From: an uncultured delta proteobacterium
GTDB lineage: Bacteria > Desulfobacterota > Syntrophia > Syntrophales > Smithellaceae
DNA length: 64,000 nucleotides
Assembly: GCA_963710995.1 (NCBI GenBank)
Contig: CAVQCU010000212.1
Coordinates: 32,084-96,083 of the forward strand
Direction of reading: 5' to 3'
Shown: in pieces, positions 26,799-36,791 of the stretch
Layout of the letters: every line of letters starts with the position of its first letter
Position numbering within the stretch: position 1 is the stretch's first letter
Notes under the pieces: model-generated
Told to the model about the DNA's origin: nothing
The model's database searches: none
The model's input: the letters and a program-made list of their open reading frames with translations, nothing else
Position numbers and translations under genes: made by a program

Positions 26799-27929
26799 AT
26801 GAAGAAATTTTATTTTTTACTTTGTCTGACGGTGATTTTTTGCTGGGAAATAAACGACGCCCTTAGCCAGGAAAAATGCGTTAATGCGGAGGCGGAATCA
26901 GCCATTGTTAATGACGATATTCCCTCCGCCAAACTCGCAGCCATCGCCAGCGCCAAATGGTCGGCAATTGAAGAAGTTGTCGATACCGAAATCAAACTAC
27001 GGAGCTTTGTGCAAAATTTCACGCTGCTGGAAGATATTATTAAAACAAAAGCGGGCGGTGCAGTTAAAAGTTATAAAGTAATCAATCAGAAAAACGACAA
27101 AGATAGTGTCAATGTCAAGATTAACGTTTGCGTGGAACCTGTCAGTGCCAGAGAAGCCGTTTATCAGTTAGGATTAAATAATTCTATTGCTGTTTTTATT
27201 CCCGTGCGCAAACCCGGCCACAGCGGCGATGAATTCGAGGAAACAAATATTCTTTCCGAAACCCTCATTGACATTCTCACCGAACAAAACTATACCGTTG
27301 TCGATGTCGCTCCGACACAAGCCATTGACGCCGCGGAAATAGAAAAAGCTATCCGCAGCGGCAACACTTTAAATCTGCGTACTATGATGTATAAATTTTT
27401 ATCCAGCTTGATTATCATCGGCAAAGTTGATTACACGATTTCCACGAAAAAAGGAGAAAACACCGGCCACGGTATTTCCATGCCTTTCAATAATGTGACA
27501 GTGCGCCTGACTTATCGGATCATTGCCAAAAACAATAAGACTGGCAATATGGAAATTTTGACCATGGGTACTGAAGAAGCTAAAGGAGTGGCAAATGACA
27601 TGGAAACTGCGGCCGGGGAAGCAATGAAAGAATTGGCTCAAAATCTGGCACCCGCCATTCTGGATAAGGTCAGCCAATACATCATTGGCAATACGAAGAA
27701 AGTTGCCATTAAGGTTAATGACGTAAATGATATAGATACCGTCAGGGAAATTAAAGAAATACTGCAAAGTATCACCTGGGTTTCTGATGTTGAAGAAAAA
27801 CAGATGGGTGATTTTGTTGTCAGCTATCCGGAAAACACATTTTACCTGGCCAACAGTATTGAACAAAAAAGTGATTTAAAAGTTCTAAATTTTTCGCCTT
27901 CTTCTATTGTTCTGGAGTATCAAGAATAA
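26799..27929 (+). CDS. Secreted/lipoprotein-like hypothetical protein
   Basis: The MKKFYFLLCLTVIFC signal-like N-terminus at the internal ATG 26799 was preferred over the upstream alternative start. No family recognised with confidence. Confidence 0.6.
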   Translation: MKKFYFLLCLTVIFCWEINDALSQEKCVNAEAESAIVNDDIPSAKLAAIASAKWSAIEEVVDTEIKLRSFVQNFTLLEDIIKTKAGGAVKSYKVINQKNDKDSVNVKINVCVEPVSAREAVYQLGLNNSIAVFIPVRKPGHSGDEFEETNILSETLIDILTEQNYTVVDVAPTQAIDAAEIEKAIRSGNTLNLRTMMYKFLSSLIIIGKVDYTISTKKGENTGHGISMPFNNVTVRLTYRIIAKNNKTGNMEILTMGTEEAKGVANDMETAAGEAMKELAQNLAPAILDKVSQYIIGNTKKVAIKVNDVNDIDTVREIKEILQSITWVSDVEEKQMGDFVVSYPENTFYLANSIEQKSDLKVLNFSPSSIVLEYQE

Positions 27930-28175
27930 GGCGATACAATTTTATATTAAAATTTCTGCTAACATGCCCAAACACAGGTAGATGAAATGTATGAACGACT
28001 CTGGCTGGAGCACACTCTTCCGAACCATGACGCGCCCTGCACAGTCTTGCCCTGAAGATAACCGGTGGACGCGCCGTGCTTCTCTTTTAACGAGTATACC
28101 TACTACTGTTCAGTTCTGGACATCTGTCAAAATCAAGGATTACTATTTGTAATCTTCAATATGATAGTATTTTAT

Positions 28176-28949
28176 TTAAGTATGTTTTACTACAAAATTC
28201 TCAATTGCCGATGCTATAAAAACAGGGGTATCATCGGTTATGTTATGGGTTGTATTTTTACACATTATGATCTCACAGTTAGGATACCATTTCTCCCAGA
28301 AAGGTTTCACTTTCTGGTTAAATATGGGGTCATCTTCAGCCAAAACCACCAACATTGGCGTATTAAGACCTTTTGACTCCTGAGAAAAGTCTTTGTTGTT
28401 CCACATTTTAATATAAGTCTTTTTTACATCAGAGGTAGCGCTTTCCCAAGCCCTGTTCGTTCTGAATTCGGAATACATTTTCGAATACATTGGCAAGGAC
28501 ATTCTGAAATAATCGAACATGGTTTTTCGATCGGAAACTACACTGGCAAAATAACCACAGGTTGGTTCGTCAAATTGCAGCCCCATTGCAGACACAGGGG
28601 TGAGTGCGATGATAGACTTTATTCGTTCCTTTGCATCAACTGCCACCCGCTGAACAATCATGCCAGACATGGAATGACCAACAAGATGAAACTGTTTCCA
28701 TTCCAGATAATCCGCCAAGTTAATGACATCTTCAGCAGCTTCTTTTGCAGTGAATTCTTCTTTTATGTCCTTTGATTGGCCATATCCTCTAACATCCGCT
28801 AATACATAGGTAAAAGCATCCGTATCCAGATATGCCTTAATTGGATCGTATTGCTTCTTGTTATCCCAAAAATTATGGATAGCAATAATTTTTTCAGGAC
28901 CATTCCCCAGTTTTGAATATTTCAGAATTTCTTTATTAGATGCTGACAT
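28176..28949 (-). CDS. Alpha/beta-fold hydrolase
   Basis: Nucleophile elbow GHSMSG; length and pattern typical of the fold. Confidence 0.8.
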   Translation of the reverse strand: MSASNKEILKYSKLGNGPEKIIAIHNFWDNKKQYDPIKAYLDTDAFTYVLADVRGYGQSKDIKEEFTAKEAAEDVINLADYLEWKQFHLVGHSMSGMIVQRVAVDAKERIKSIIALTPVSAMGLQFDEPTCGYFASVVSDRKTMFDYFRMSLPMYSKMYSEFRTNRAWESATSDVKKTYIKMWNNKDFSQESKGLNTPMLVVLAEDDPIFNQKVKPFWEKWYPNCEIIMCKNTTHNITDDTPVFIASAIENFVVKHT

Positions 28950-29212
28950 AGTTATGGTCTCCTTTTATATTTTAACAATTAATATGTGAGATTAGCTTTT
29001 CCTATGATTTGAATATCAATATAGCACAATTTTCTTTTTTTAAAAAAGAAATTACACGATCTTATTGATAACGGATTGAAATCTTGCATATTCGTTACGT
29101 TTGATGATTTGTTTCTTACAGCTTACTATAAGGAAGATAGTAGCGGACATGGTATTTTCGATCTGTTAAAGTTGAATAGCCAAAACAACGAAAGGAGAAA
29201 GGAGAAAAGACC

Positions 29213-30498
29213 ATGTCCAAGAATGATTATAACAAGCAGGCGTTACGTCGTCAAAGGATTAAGAAAACAACTTTCATCGTTGGGGTTGACATCGGCAATG
29301 CTTTCAATGCGTTGGGATTTATGGACAAGGAAGGCAACGTTTTAGGAAGCTGTACGAAGCTCTATAACAGTCGCGAAGGATTTGAGCAATTTGTAGATAT
29401 GATTGAAGGGCTAAAAGCGAAGCATCATTTGAGGGATGTTCTCATCGGGATGGAACCAACGGGACATTACTGGAGGAAGCTGGCCTATTTTGCAAAAGAG
29501 CATGGCTATGAAGTTCGTTTTGTGAGGACTACAGCACTGAAGCATCACCGGGAGTTGGATGAGAGTTCATCAGCTAAGAGTGACCAAAGAGATGCGTTAA
29601 CCATAGCGAATATAACCCGAGAAGGTAAATATATTGACACCGTCATCAAGGATGGAGTGCTGCGGCAGTTGCGGACGCTATCGAAAGCCAGGGAGAGACT
29701 TTTCCGATACAGCGTGAGTGCAAAAAACTCATTACATGCCGCCCTGGACGATTATTTTCCCGAATTGCATGAGATATTCTGGTCAAGGGGATCACGGAGT
29801 CTGTGGATTATTCTTGAGCAATGTCCTTTCCCCAGGACGTTGTGTTGATGAAGGTATCGACTCTCCGAGACTTGATTGTACAAAGTTCAAGAAAGAAAGC
29901 GGGCTTTGCCGTTAAGGCAGAAAAACTTATTGAATCTGCTCAAAAAAGTATTGGAATAAAACAGATTGGCAACGCTGACCGATACCGGGTTCAAATGTGC
30001 CTGGAAGAAGTGAAACGGACAGTCCTGTTGCTCAATAATCTGGATAAACAGTTGAAGCTCCTACTTAAGGAGACAACCGCAGCATCCTATCTGATGAGCA
30101 TACCGGGCGTAGGCCCTCTTTCTGCCGCTGTGTTTTTGGGAGAACTGGGAGATCCTACCCATTTTCATAATGCCCGTCAGATCGTGAAGTACGCCGGATA
30201 TGATCCCCAGGAGAGTGATTCAGGTTCGCGTATTGGTCGGAAGTTCATATCCAAGAAGGGAAGATGGCTCTTACGAAAATATCTTTTCTTTATGAGTATG
30301 AGAGTGGTGTTTCTGAGTAACTATTTTCAGGAATACTACCTTCGGAAATTGGAAACAAAGAACAGGGTTGGTCAACAGCCCAGGCGCAAAGAGATGCTCT
30401 GTGCAGTGGCTATTAAGCTGATCAAAGTAATCTTTGCCTTACTGCGGGATAAGCGGGAATTTGAAGATTTAGCGCCTGCTGCTGCGGCATGTGCATAA
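29213..30498 (+). pseudogene. IS110-family transposase, split by a -1 frame change at a C4 run (29830-29833)
   Basis: ORFs 29213-29848 and 29821-30498 join as ..ILEQCPFP|QDVVLMKV.. if one C is added. Confidence 0.75.
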
Positions 30499-30516
30499 AC
30501 ACATAAAAAATAAAGC

Positions 30517-30694
30517 ATGGTTGTGGCGGAAGGAAGGACCGTGTTACTTCGTAGGCTAAAAGGCTTGCGCGATTCAGCTTGGTCAACTTCCACCACCCTT
30601 TTCGTCCTGTATAAGGTAAGTTGGGCACAGAAGGCCCGCAGAATAAAAGAGGTTAGGTGAAAAGGAAAAAAGGTCGAAGTACCACCACAACCAT
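30517..30694 (+). ncRNA. Candidate IS110/IS1111-type guide (bridge/seek) RNA region
   Basis: ATGGTTGTGGCGG (30517-30529) pairs with CCACCACAACCAT (30682-30694), enclosing ~150 nt with several sub-hairpins immediately 3' of the transposase. Assignment is by analogy only. Confidence 0.3.
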
Positions 30695-30802
30695 TTTCAA
30701 CTTTAAAGATCTTTACAAGGAAAATACTTGACATCTTCCTTAGAAGAGGAAGTAAGATTTACAGTCCGTATCATCTGCTAATTCACCACAGCTCCATCTA
30801 TA

Positions 30803-31549
30803 TTATTTTTCTTCCAGCCCTTCAATAAACGCCAGGACATTTTTACCCAGAACGCTGTGGTTGTAGCCCCCTTCTAAAATGCCGAAGCAGCCGCCTTTGT
30901 TGCGCCAGGCTGCATCTCGCACCAGCTTGCCCATATATTTGTAGTCTTCGGTTTTCAAAAGGCCGCCCCAATCGGCTTCATGATTATCAAATCCGGCCGA
31001 TACGGCGATCATATCAGCCTTTGTTTGCGCTAAATCATTCTGCACATTTTTCAAATATTCATTACGATTAGATGATGTAGGATTAAGTATGGTCACATAT
31101 CCCTTGCCGCCCAGGATATTCACATTGCCGTCACCGAAATGCAGATCGAAATCCAGAATGAATGCTTTTTTAATTTTATCCTCACACTTTAGTTTTTCCA
31201 ACGCTATCGCCATATTGTTAAAATAGCAAAACCCCCACGCGCTTCCCGCTGAAGCATGGTGGCCGGGCGGACGAATTACAGCAAAGCAAGGATCTGTCAA
31301 TCCGATTTGTATCGCTTTAATCGCGCCGCCGGCGGCGAGCGCCGCAATGTCGTATACGCCTTCACGTTCGACCGACTTTACATGCTCGGCAGTGTGTACT
31401 CGGAGAATATCTTCTTGGGAAGCCGGAAGAGGTGTGACAAAATTTACCTTGCCGCGCAGTGCCATTTCAATGGCTTGAATTCTTCCGGCAGCGGAAGCGG
31501 GATCAGACGAATAAATTTCGTTATAATCTTCATGATAAACAACCTTCAT
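30803..31549 (-). CDS. Histone-deacetylase-family (HDAC/AcuC-like) deacetylase, short form
   Basis: RPPGHHA, DFDLHFGDG, SAGFD, LEGGY motifs. Confidence 0.85.
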   Translation of the reverse strand: MKVVYHEDYNEIYSSDPASAAGRIQAIEMALRGKVNFVTPLPASQEDILRVHTAEHVKSVEREGVYDIAALAAGGAIKAIQIGLTDPCFAVIRPPGHHASAGSAWGFCYFNNMAIALEKLKCEDKIKKAFILDFDLHFGDGNVNILGGKGYVTILNPTSSNRNEYLKNVQNDLAQTKADMIAVSAGFDNHEADWGGLLKTEDYKYMGKLVRDAAWRNKGGCFGILEGGYNHSVLGKNVLAFIEGLEEK

Positions 31550-32324
31550 TTAATCCTCCTTTTCCCAGTTTAAAGGAAAATCGGCTGGTAACCCACGGTT
31601 CAGGGTTTCCATCAAAAACTTTTTCCACGAATTTTACGCGATTATTTTTTCCTATAAGCAAAATTGTCGAAGAACGGGTGCCGTAAACAGGGCTAGTAAT
31701 AAATATAGACGACAATACCCGCTCCCATTCCAAGCCTATGCCTGTTGCGGGCAGTTTACTGTCCGGCGGAATGTGACGATCAGCCAGCAGGGCAAACAAC
31801 GCTTCTTCAAGATCGGCGCCTTTTTTATCCAACGCGGCCTTCAAGAGCCTCTTACCCCTTGATACTTTTGGCCAAGGCGTATTCAGGAAATGATTGCTTA
31901 AGCCATAGATTCCGGATTTTAGTTTTTGTTTTTCTCCGCGATTGGAAAAAACAAAAAGTTCACTGCCCTCCCCCAGGATCAAATTAAAGCCATTGTATTT
32001 ATCTGCCTGCGGGGAAATCTCTTCCAGATAATGACTTGGGTTTTGTTTTCCGGAAATGTAACGGCTGACAAGCCCTCCGCGCGAAAGAGCATTACTTTTT
32101 AAAGCGGAAGGATCGCGATAATTAGTGATGGCGGCAAATTTCCCCTCTCTGGTAAAGCCCAGCCACGTACCGCCTTCTTTTAAGTCTCGTCCGGCAAGCA
32201 CTTGTGGTTGATCCTCCCAAAAGTCCGCCGGGGCCGATGGCCGCTCATAAAATTCATCGCGGTTAGCCGCGAGAATTAACCGGCATGATGGATGAACATC
32301 ATAAGCGAATACTATCAGGCACAT
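31530..32324 (-). CDS. NRDE-family (TANGO2-like) protein
   Basis: N-terminal MCLIVFAY..., NRDE motif (LAANRDEFYERPS). Confidence 0.8.
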   Translation of the reverse strand: MCLIVFAYDVHPSCRLILAANRDEFYERPSAPADFWEDQPQVLAGRDLKEGGTWLGFTREGKFAAITNYRDPSALKSNALSRGGLVSRYISGKQNPSHYLEEISPQADKYNGFNLILGEGSELFVFSNRGEKQKLKSGIYGLSNHFLNTPWPKVSRGKRLLKAALDKKGADLEEALFALLADRHIPPDSKLPATGIGLEWERVLSSIFITSPVYGTRSSTILLIGKNNRVKFVEKVFDGNPEPWVTSRFSFKLGKGGLNEGCLS

Positions 32325-32364
32325 TATCTTTTATCCAATAAACCGAAATCATTCAGAAGGTTTT

Positions 32365-33132
32365 TTATTTAATAATTTCCTTCAATCTGGTCATAATTCT
32401 CGTCATTGTTTCTCCCGCCGGAGCGTTTATAAATACATCGGCTATATCATCATGCCCTGTATCTCCCATGTTAATGATAACAATCTTCGCGCCGGAGCGC
32501 TTAGCGTAGAGAGGCATATAAGCGGCGGGATAAACAACCAGTGAAGAACCTATCACAATAAGCAAATCGCATTCTTCGGATTCCCGCTCCGCCGACATCA
32601 AAGTTTCTGGCGGAAGCATTTCACCAAAAAATACAACATCAGGTTTCAGAATACCTTGGCATTTTTCACATACCGGAAAATGATCAGGTGATGGATGTTT
32701 TTGCCTCATCAGTTCTAAATCATAACGCTCACCGCAATCGAGGCAAACCAGCCATTCCATATTGCCGTGCAGTTCATGAACTTTTTTCGGATTATTACCG
32801 GCTCTTTGATGCAGGTTATCAATGTTCTGCGTAATGACCGAACTTAATTTGTTCATTTTTTCCAGTTCGGCTATCGCCAAATGAGCCTGATTGGGATTGG
32901 CCTTAGTCATCAATCCGCCTTCCACAAGGTAATACCAAACTTTTGTGCGTGTCTCGCCGGAACGCAGAAATCTGTCAATCGTGAAATCTTCGGGATCAAC
33001 TTTGGTCCAGAGCCCGGCCGGCCCACGGAAATCAGGAATGCCGGATTCCGTGCTGATGCCGGCTCCGGTAAAAATAACTAGTTTTTTCGAAGCCGCTATC
33101 ATTTCCGCAGTCTTATTTATTTTTGATTCCAT
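32365..33132 (-). CDS. cobB: NAD-dependent protein deacylase (sirtuin)
   Basis: GAGISTESGIPDFRG, HG..., zinc ribbon CLDCG..CEKCQG. Confidence 0.9.
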   Translation of the reverse strand: MESKINKTAEMIAASKKLVIFTGAGISTESGIPDFRGPAGLWTKVDPEDFTIDRFLRSGETRTKVWYYLVEGGLMTKANPNQAHLAIAELEKMNKLSSVITQNIDNLHQRAGNNPKKVHELHGNMEWLVCLDCGERYDLELMRQKHPSPDHFPVCEKCQGILKPDVVFFGEMLPPETLMSAERESEECDLLIVIGSSLVVYPAAYMPLYAKRSGAKIVIINMGDTGHDDIADVFINAPAGETMTRIMTRLKEIIK

Positions 33133-33901
33133 ATAATTTCTTTGCAGTCTTCGTTACAGTTTCTTTAAATTTAGCCTTTTCGCCGGATTTAATTTTACCG
33201 CGAACATCTTTTAGCGCTTTTTCATATATATCCAGCATTTTTCCTGTCTTAAGGTTTCCCGTGATTATATCAATATACATGTCAGGAGTTTCCGTAAACA
33301 CTTTTTTTATTATATCAAGTTTTGCACGTAAGATCGGCGTGGAAAATTTGTTTATTTCCGTAAGCTCAATATTTGTTTGAGCGAGCGCCATTCCTAGAGT
33401 AATTGTATTGAAGTGATTGAGCGCCTGAACAATCGCCATCATTTTATCGTGCTTTTCGGAAGTTGCTTCCAGGACATTCATTTTATTTTTTATAAAGACG
33501 CCTTTGAGCCAGCCCATCCACTTTTTCCCGCGCGCCGGACATAAAATAATATTCTGTCCGGAGGCATCTTTTAACTGTGGTCCGAAAAGCGGATGACAGC
33601 CGATGACTTCAGCCTTGGAATTAGCCAGCATCAGTTTAACCGGTTCATATTTGAGCGAAGTCAAATCCATCAAAAGAACCTCTTTGGACAGAAGAGGGCC
33701 AACCTGTTTGATAATTTCAGCGGTAGCAGAAATGGGCACAGCAACGACAACCACGTTACAGAGCCTGTCCAAATCGTTTATTTGCAGCTTTGTTTTTCTG
33801 CCGCAGACATGAACGGTGCAGCCTTCTTTTCTCAGCAAACCGGCAAACCAGCGCCCCATGCCTTTTGTGCCGCCAATTATGCCTACATTAATATGTTCCA
33901 T
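33113..33901 (-). CDS. tyrA: Prephenate dehydrogenase
   Basis: GIIGGTKGMGRWFA Rossmann motif. Start chosen at MEHINVG, whose ATG overlaps the aroC stop (TGATG). The ORF is open to 33964. Confidence 0.8.
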   Translation of the reverse strand: MEHINVGIIGGTKGMGRWFAGLLRKEGCTVHVCGRKTKLQINDLDRLCNVVVVAVPISATAEIIKQVGPLLSKEVLLMDLTSLKYEPVKLMLANSKAEVIGCHPLFGPQLKDASGQNIILCPARGKKWMGWLKGVFIKNKMNVLEATSEKHDKMMAIVQALNHFNTITLGMALAQTNIELTEINKFSTPILRAKLDIIKKVFTETPDMYIDIITGNLKTGKMLDIYEKALKDVRGKIKSGEKAKFKETVTKTAKKLYGIKNK

Positions 33902-34974
33902 CAACTGATCGCCTTTTGTCTCAATAAGTGATCTGCTAAAACAATCATGACCATTGCTTCGCAAACCGGCACGACCCTAGGCAACACACAAATATCATGT
34001 CTTCCCTGAATTTTAATTATCTGCTCTTTCCCCTTGAAATCTACAGTCTGCTGCGGTTTCGCTATTGATGGAACAGGTTTGCAATAAACCCGCAGAACAA
34101 TTTTTTCCCCGCTTGTTATGCCCGCGAGCATTCCTCCGGCGTGATTTGTTCTAAATCCTTTTTTATTCATTTGATCATTGACTTCCGAGCCCATTCTTCG
34201 AGCGGCTTCAATGCCATCGCCGATTTCCACCGCTTTTACCGAACCGATGCTCATTAAAGCCTTGGCCAAGTCAGCGTCCATTTTGTCAAAAACGGGCTCG
34301 CCTAACCCGGCGGGACAACCGTGCACAATAATTTCCACAACCCCGCCCAGCGAATCTCCCTTTTTGCGGACTGCCATAATCTTTTTTTCCATAGCTGTAG
34401 CGGCCTGCTGGTCGGGACAGAAAAGAGCACTATTGCGCACAATTCTTTTCAAATTTTTGTCTGATGGCATTTTATCGCGGTCGATTGCAATTGTTCCGAT
34501 GGCCTGCGTGTAAGCGATCACATCCATACCCGCCTGAACAATCACTTTTTCGGCAATAGCTCCAGCGGCAACGCGCGATGCAGTCTCTCTGCCGGATGAG
34601 CGTCCTCCGCCGCGCCAATCACGGATACCATATTTTTGCAGATAAGAAAAATCTCCCTGACCGGGACGGAATATATTTTTTAATTCATCGTAGGAGGAAG
34701 ATTTCGCATCAGCGTTTTTGATGATCAGCGAAACAGGAGTGCCCGTGGTCTTTCCCTCAAAAACACCGGAGAGAATCTCGACTTTGTCACTCTCCTGCCT
34801 TGTCGTTGAAGAAACCGACATCGATGGTCTTCTTCTGTCCAGAGCTTGCTGAATATCAGATTCATCCAAGTCAAGCCCCGGTGGACAACCATCGACAACC
34901 GCTCCTAAAACCTTACCGTGTGACTCTCCCCAGGTTGTAACGCGAAAAACGCTGCCAATTGTATTTCCGGACAT
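33901..34974 (-). CDS. aroC: Chorismate synthase
   Basis: GESHG..., RPGHAD-like region, GGRSSGRETA motif. Confidence 0.93.
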   Translation of the reverse strand: MSGNTIGSVFRVTTWGESHGKVLGAVVDGCPPGLDLDESDIQQALDRRRPSMSVSSTTRQESDKVEILSGVFEGKTTGTPVSLIIKNADAKSSSYDELKNIFRPGQGDFSYLQKYGIRDWRGGGRSSGRETASRVAAGAIAEKVIVQAGMDVIAYTQAIGTIAIDRDKMPSDKNLKRIVRNSALFCPDQQAATAMEKKIMAVRKKGDSLGGVVEIIVHGCPAGLGEPVFDKMDADLAKALMSIGSVKAVEIGDGIEAARRMGSEVNDQMNKKGFRTNHAGGMLAGITSGEKIVLRVYCKPVPSIAKPQQTVDFKGKEQIIKIQGRHDICVLPRVVPVCEAMVMIVLADHLLRQKAIS

Positions 34975-34986
34975 AGATATTACCTT

Positions 34987-35538
34987 TTAATTTTTGCTTT
35001 CTTTAATCTTATCCAAATTTCCTGATTTACGCAAATACTGATAAATTTCTTCCGCGACCTGCGTGGCGCTTTTACCCACCGTATCCACGGTATAATCCGC
35101 GGCGCTTTCATATAAAGGAAGCCTCAGTCTCATCATATCTGCAGTTTCCTGATCAATATTCCCGGATGTAAACTGTGGCCGTATATCCTTGTTACAGGCA
35201 TCTCTCTTGAGCCGGTCAATAATATCATGCCCCGGAGCATTGAGCCATATAATCAAGCCTGTCTGTTTCAACAAATCGACGTTTTCTCTGTCCAGAACAA
35301 CTCCACCGCCGGTGGCAATAACACACGCTCCTTTTTGTAGCAGAAATTTAATTCTATCTTTTTCCTTCTCGCGAAAAATCTCCCATCCATGCAACGCCAC
35401 AATTTCTTTGATCGGCATCGCCATGCTTTTTTCTACCATCACGTCGGAATCCCAAAAAGCAATTTTCAGCTTAGCGGAAAGAATTCTGCCCACTGTGGAT
35501 TTTCCTGTCGCCCGATAACCGATTAAGACAACATTCAT
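34987..35538 (-). CDS. aroK: Shikimate kinase
   Basis: Walker A GYRATGKST. The start ATG overlaps the aroA stop (ATGA). Confidence 0.9.
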   Translation of the reverse strand: MNVVLIGYRATGKSTVGRILSAKLKIAFWDSDVMVEKSMAMPIKEIVALHGWEIFREKEKDRIKFLLQKGACVIATGGGVVLDRENVDLLKQTGLIIWLNAPGHDIIDRLKRDACNKDIRPQFTSGNIDQETADMMRLRLPLYESAADYTVDTVGKSATQVAEEIYQYLRKSGNLDKIKESKN

Positions 35539-36791
35539 ATCTTCTTTAATTCCTTCCAAAACTGAGGAAATGATTTATCAACACATTTTTTGTCGCTGAT
35601 TTCTATACCGCGGACAACCAGACCGGCAATGGCAAAGCTCATGGCCATGCGGTGGTCGTTATAAGTCTCAATTTTTGCCGGCCGCATTTTCCCTCCTTGA
35701 ATAACAAGACCTTCCGGCATCTCCCGGGCTTCAATGCCAGCCCGATTAAGTTCAGCAACCACGGCCTCAAGCCGGTTGCTTTCCTTTATTCTTAAATGAG
35801 CCACATTGCTGATAACCGTTTGGCCATTGCGGAAGGCCGCCATCACCGCTAAAGTCGGCACCATATCCGGCATATCGTTGAGGTCGAAAGTAAAATCACC
35901 TTCCGCCAGATTATTTCCGGAAACTTCCACCCAATTTTCTCCTGAGCTTACTTTACATCCCAGTTCTTCCAGAACACTCAGCAATCGGATATCTCCCTGT
36001 TTGCTTTGCCGGTTAATTCCGGTAACTCTAACTGTTTTTTTTAAAAGCGCCGCGGCCAGAAAAAAATAGGAAGCGCTGGAAGCATCTCCTTCTACGCGGT
36101 ATTCACGCCCTTGATAAATTTCACCGGCGACAACATGATATTCATATTTTCCTGTTCGGGTAATTTTCGCGCCGAAATCGCTCATTACGGCAATCGTTAA
36201 ATCAATATAAGGAGTGGAAACAACTCCGCCCTGCAAAGTTAAATCCATGTCTTTTTGCATGTAAGGCGCGCAAAGAAGCAGCGCTGACACATACTGCGAA
36301 CTTTCGATATCCTGCAGAGTTATTTTTCCTCCGGTTAAACCATTGGCGTTTATTTCCACCGGAGGACAATTATTATGAGTAATAATATCAGCTCTCATTT
36401 CCCTCAGCGCATCCACTAAAGCACCCACCGGCCTTTCACAAAGTCGCCTTTCTCCGGTTAAAACATATTTACCTTTGCCTAAACACACCAGTGCCGTAAG
36501 AAATCGCAGCGCGGTGCCGTTATTTCCCAAAAATAATTTTCCCCCGCTGTTTATTATTTTACCCGCTGTGCCGGAAATAAAAAAACCGTCTTCCACGGAA
36601 ACAATTTGCGTGCCCAATGATCGCAAGCCGTCAATCAAATACAGTGCATCCTGAGCAATCAGGGCGTTGCTGATGAAAGAGTTATTCTGCGCCAAAGCGG
36701 CAACCACCAAGGCCCGCTGGGTCAGGCTCTTGGAACCGGGAACACGAACAGTCGCGGGCACTTCCTTAAAGTGATCATCATCGTTATTCAA
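35535..36791 (-). CDS. aroA: 3-phosphoshikimate 1-carboxyvinyltransferase (EPSP synthase)
   Basis: PGSKSLTQRAL, LGNNGTALRFL, and DHRMAMSFA near the C-terminus. Confidence 0.93.
   Translation of the reverse strand: MNNDDDHFKEVPATVRVPGSKSLTQRALVVAALAQNNSFISNALIAQDALYLIDGLRSLGTQIVSVEDGFFISGTAGKIINSGGKLFLGNNGTALRFLTALVCLGKGKYVLTGERRLCERPVGALVDALREMRADIITHNNCPPVEINANGLTGGKITLQDIESSQYVSALLLCAPYMQKDMDLTLQGGVVSTPYIDLTIAVMSDFGAKITRTGKYEYHVVAGEIYQGREYRVEGDASSASYFFLAAALLKKTVRVTGINRQSKQGDIRLLSVLEELGCKVSSGENWVEVSGNNLAEGDFTFDLNDMPDMVPTLAVMAAFRNGQTVISNVAHLRIKESNRLEAVVAELNRAGIEAREMPEGLVIQGGKMRPAKIETYNDHRMAMSFAIAGLVVRGIEISDKKCVDKSFPQFWKELKKI

Larger units (their letters stand above)
29213..30694 (+). mobile_element. 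IS110-family insertion sequence (true ends not determinable from one copy)
   Basis: DEDD-type N-terminal transposase domain plus a C-terminal helix-hairpin-helix domain (IPGVGPLSAAVFLGELGD), followed by a ~180-nt region closed by a 12/13-bp long-range pairing. Confidence 0.75.

Noticed and set aside
32365-33132. Sir2-domain gene as an anti-phage defence (Thoeris/DSR-like) component
   Set aside because: It has the size, the GAGISTESGIPDFRG motif and the zinc ribbon of a housekeeping CobB sirtuin. It has no fused sensor or effector domain and no partner defence gene.
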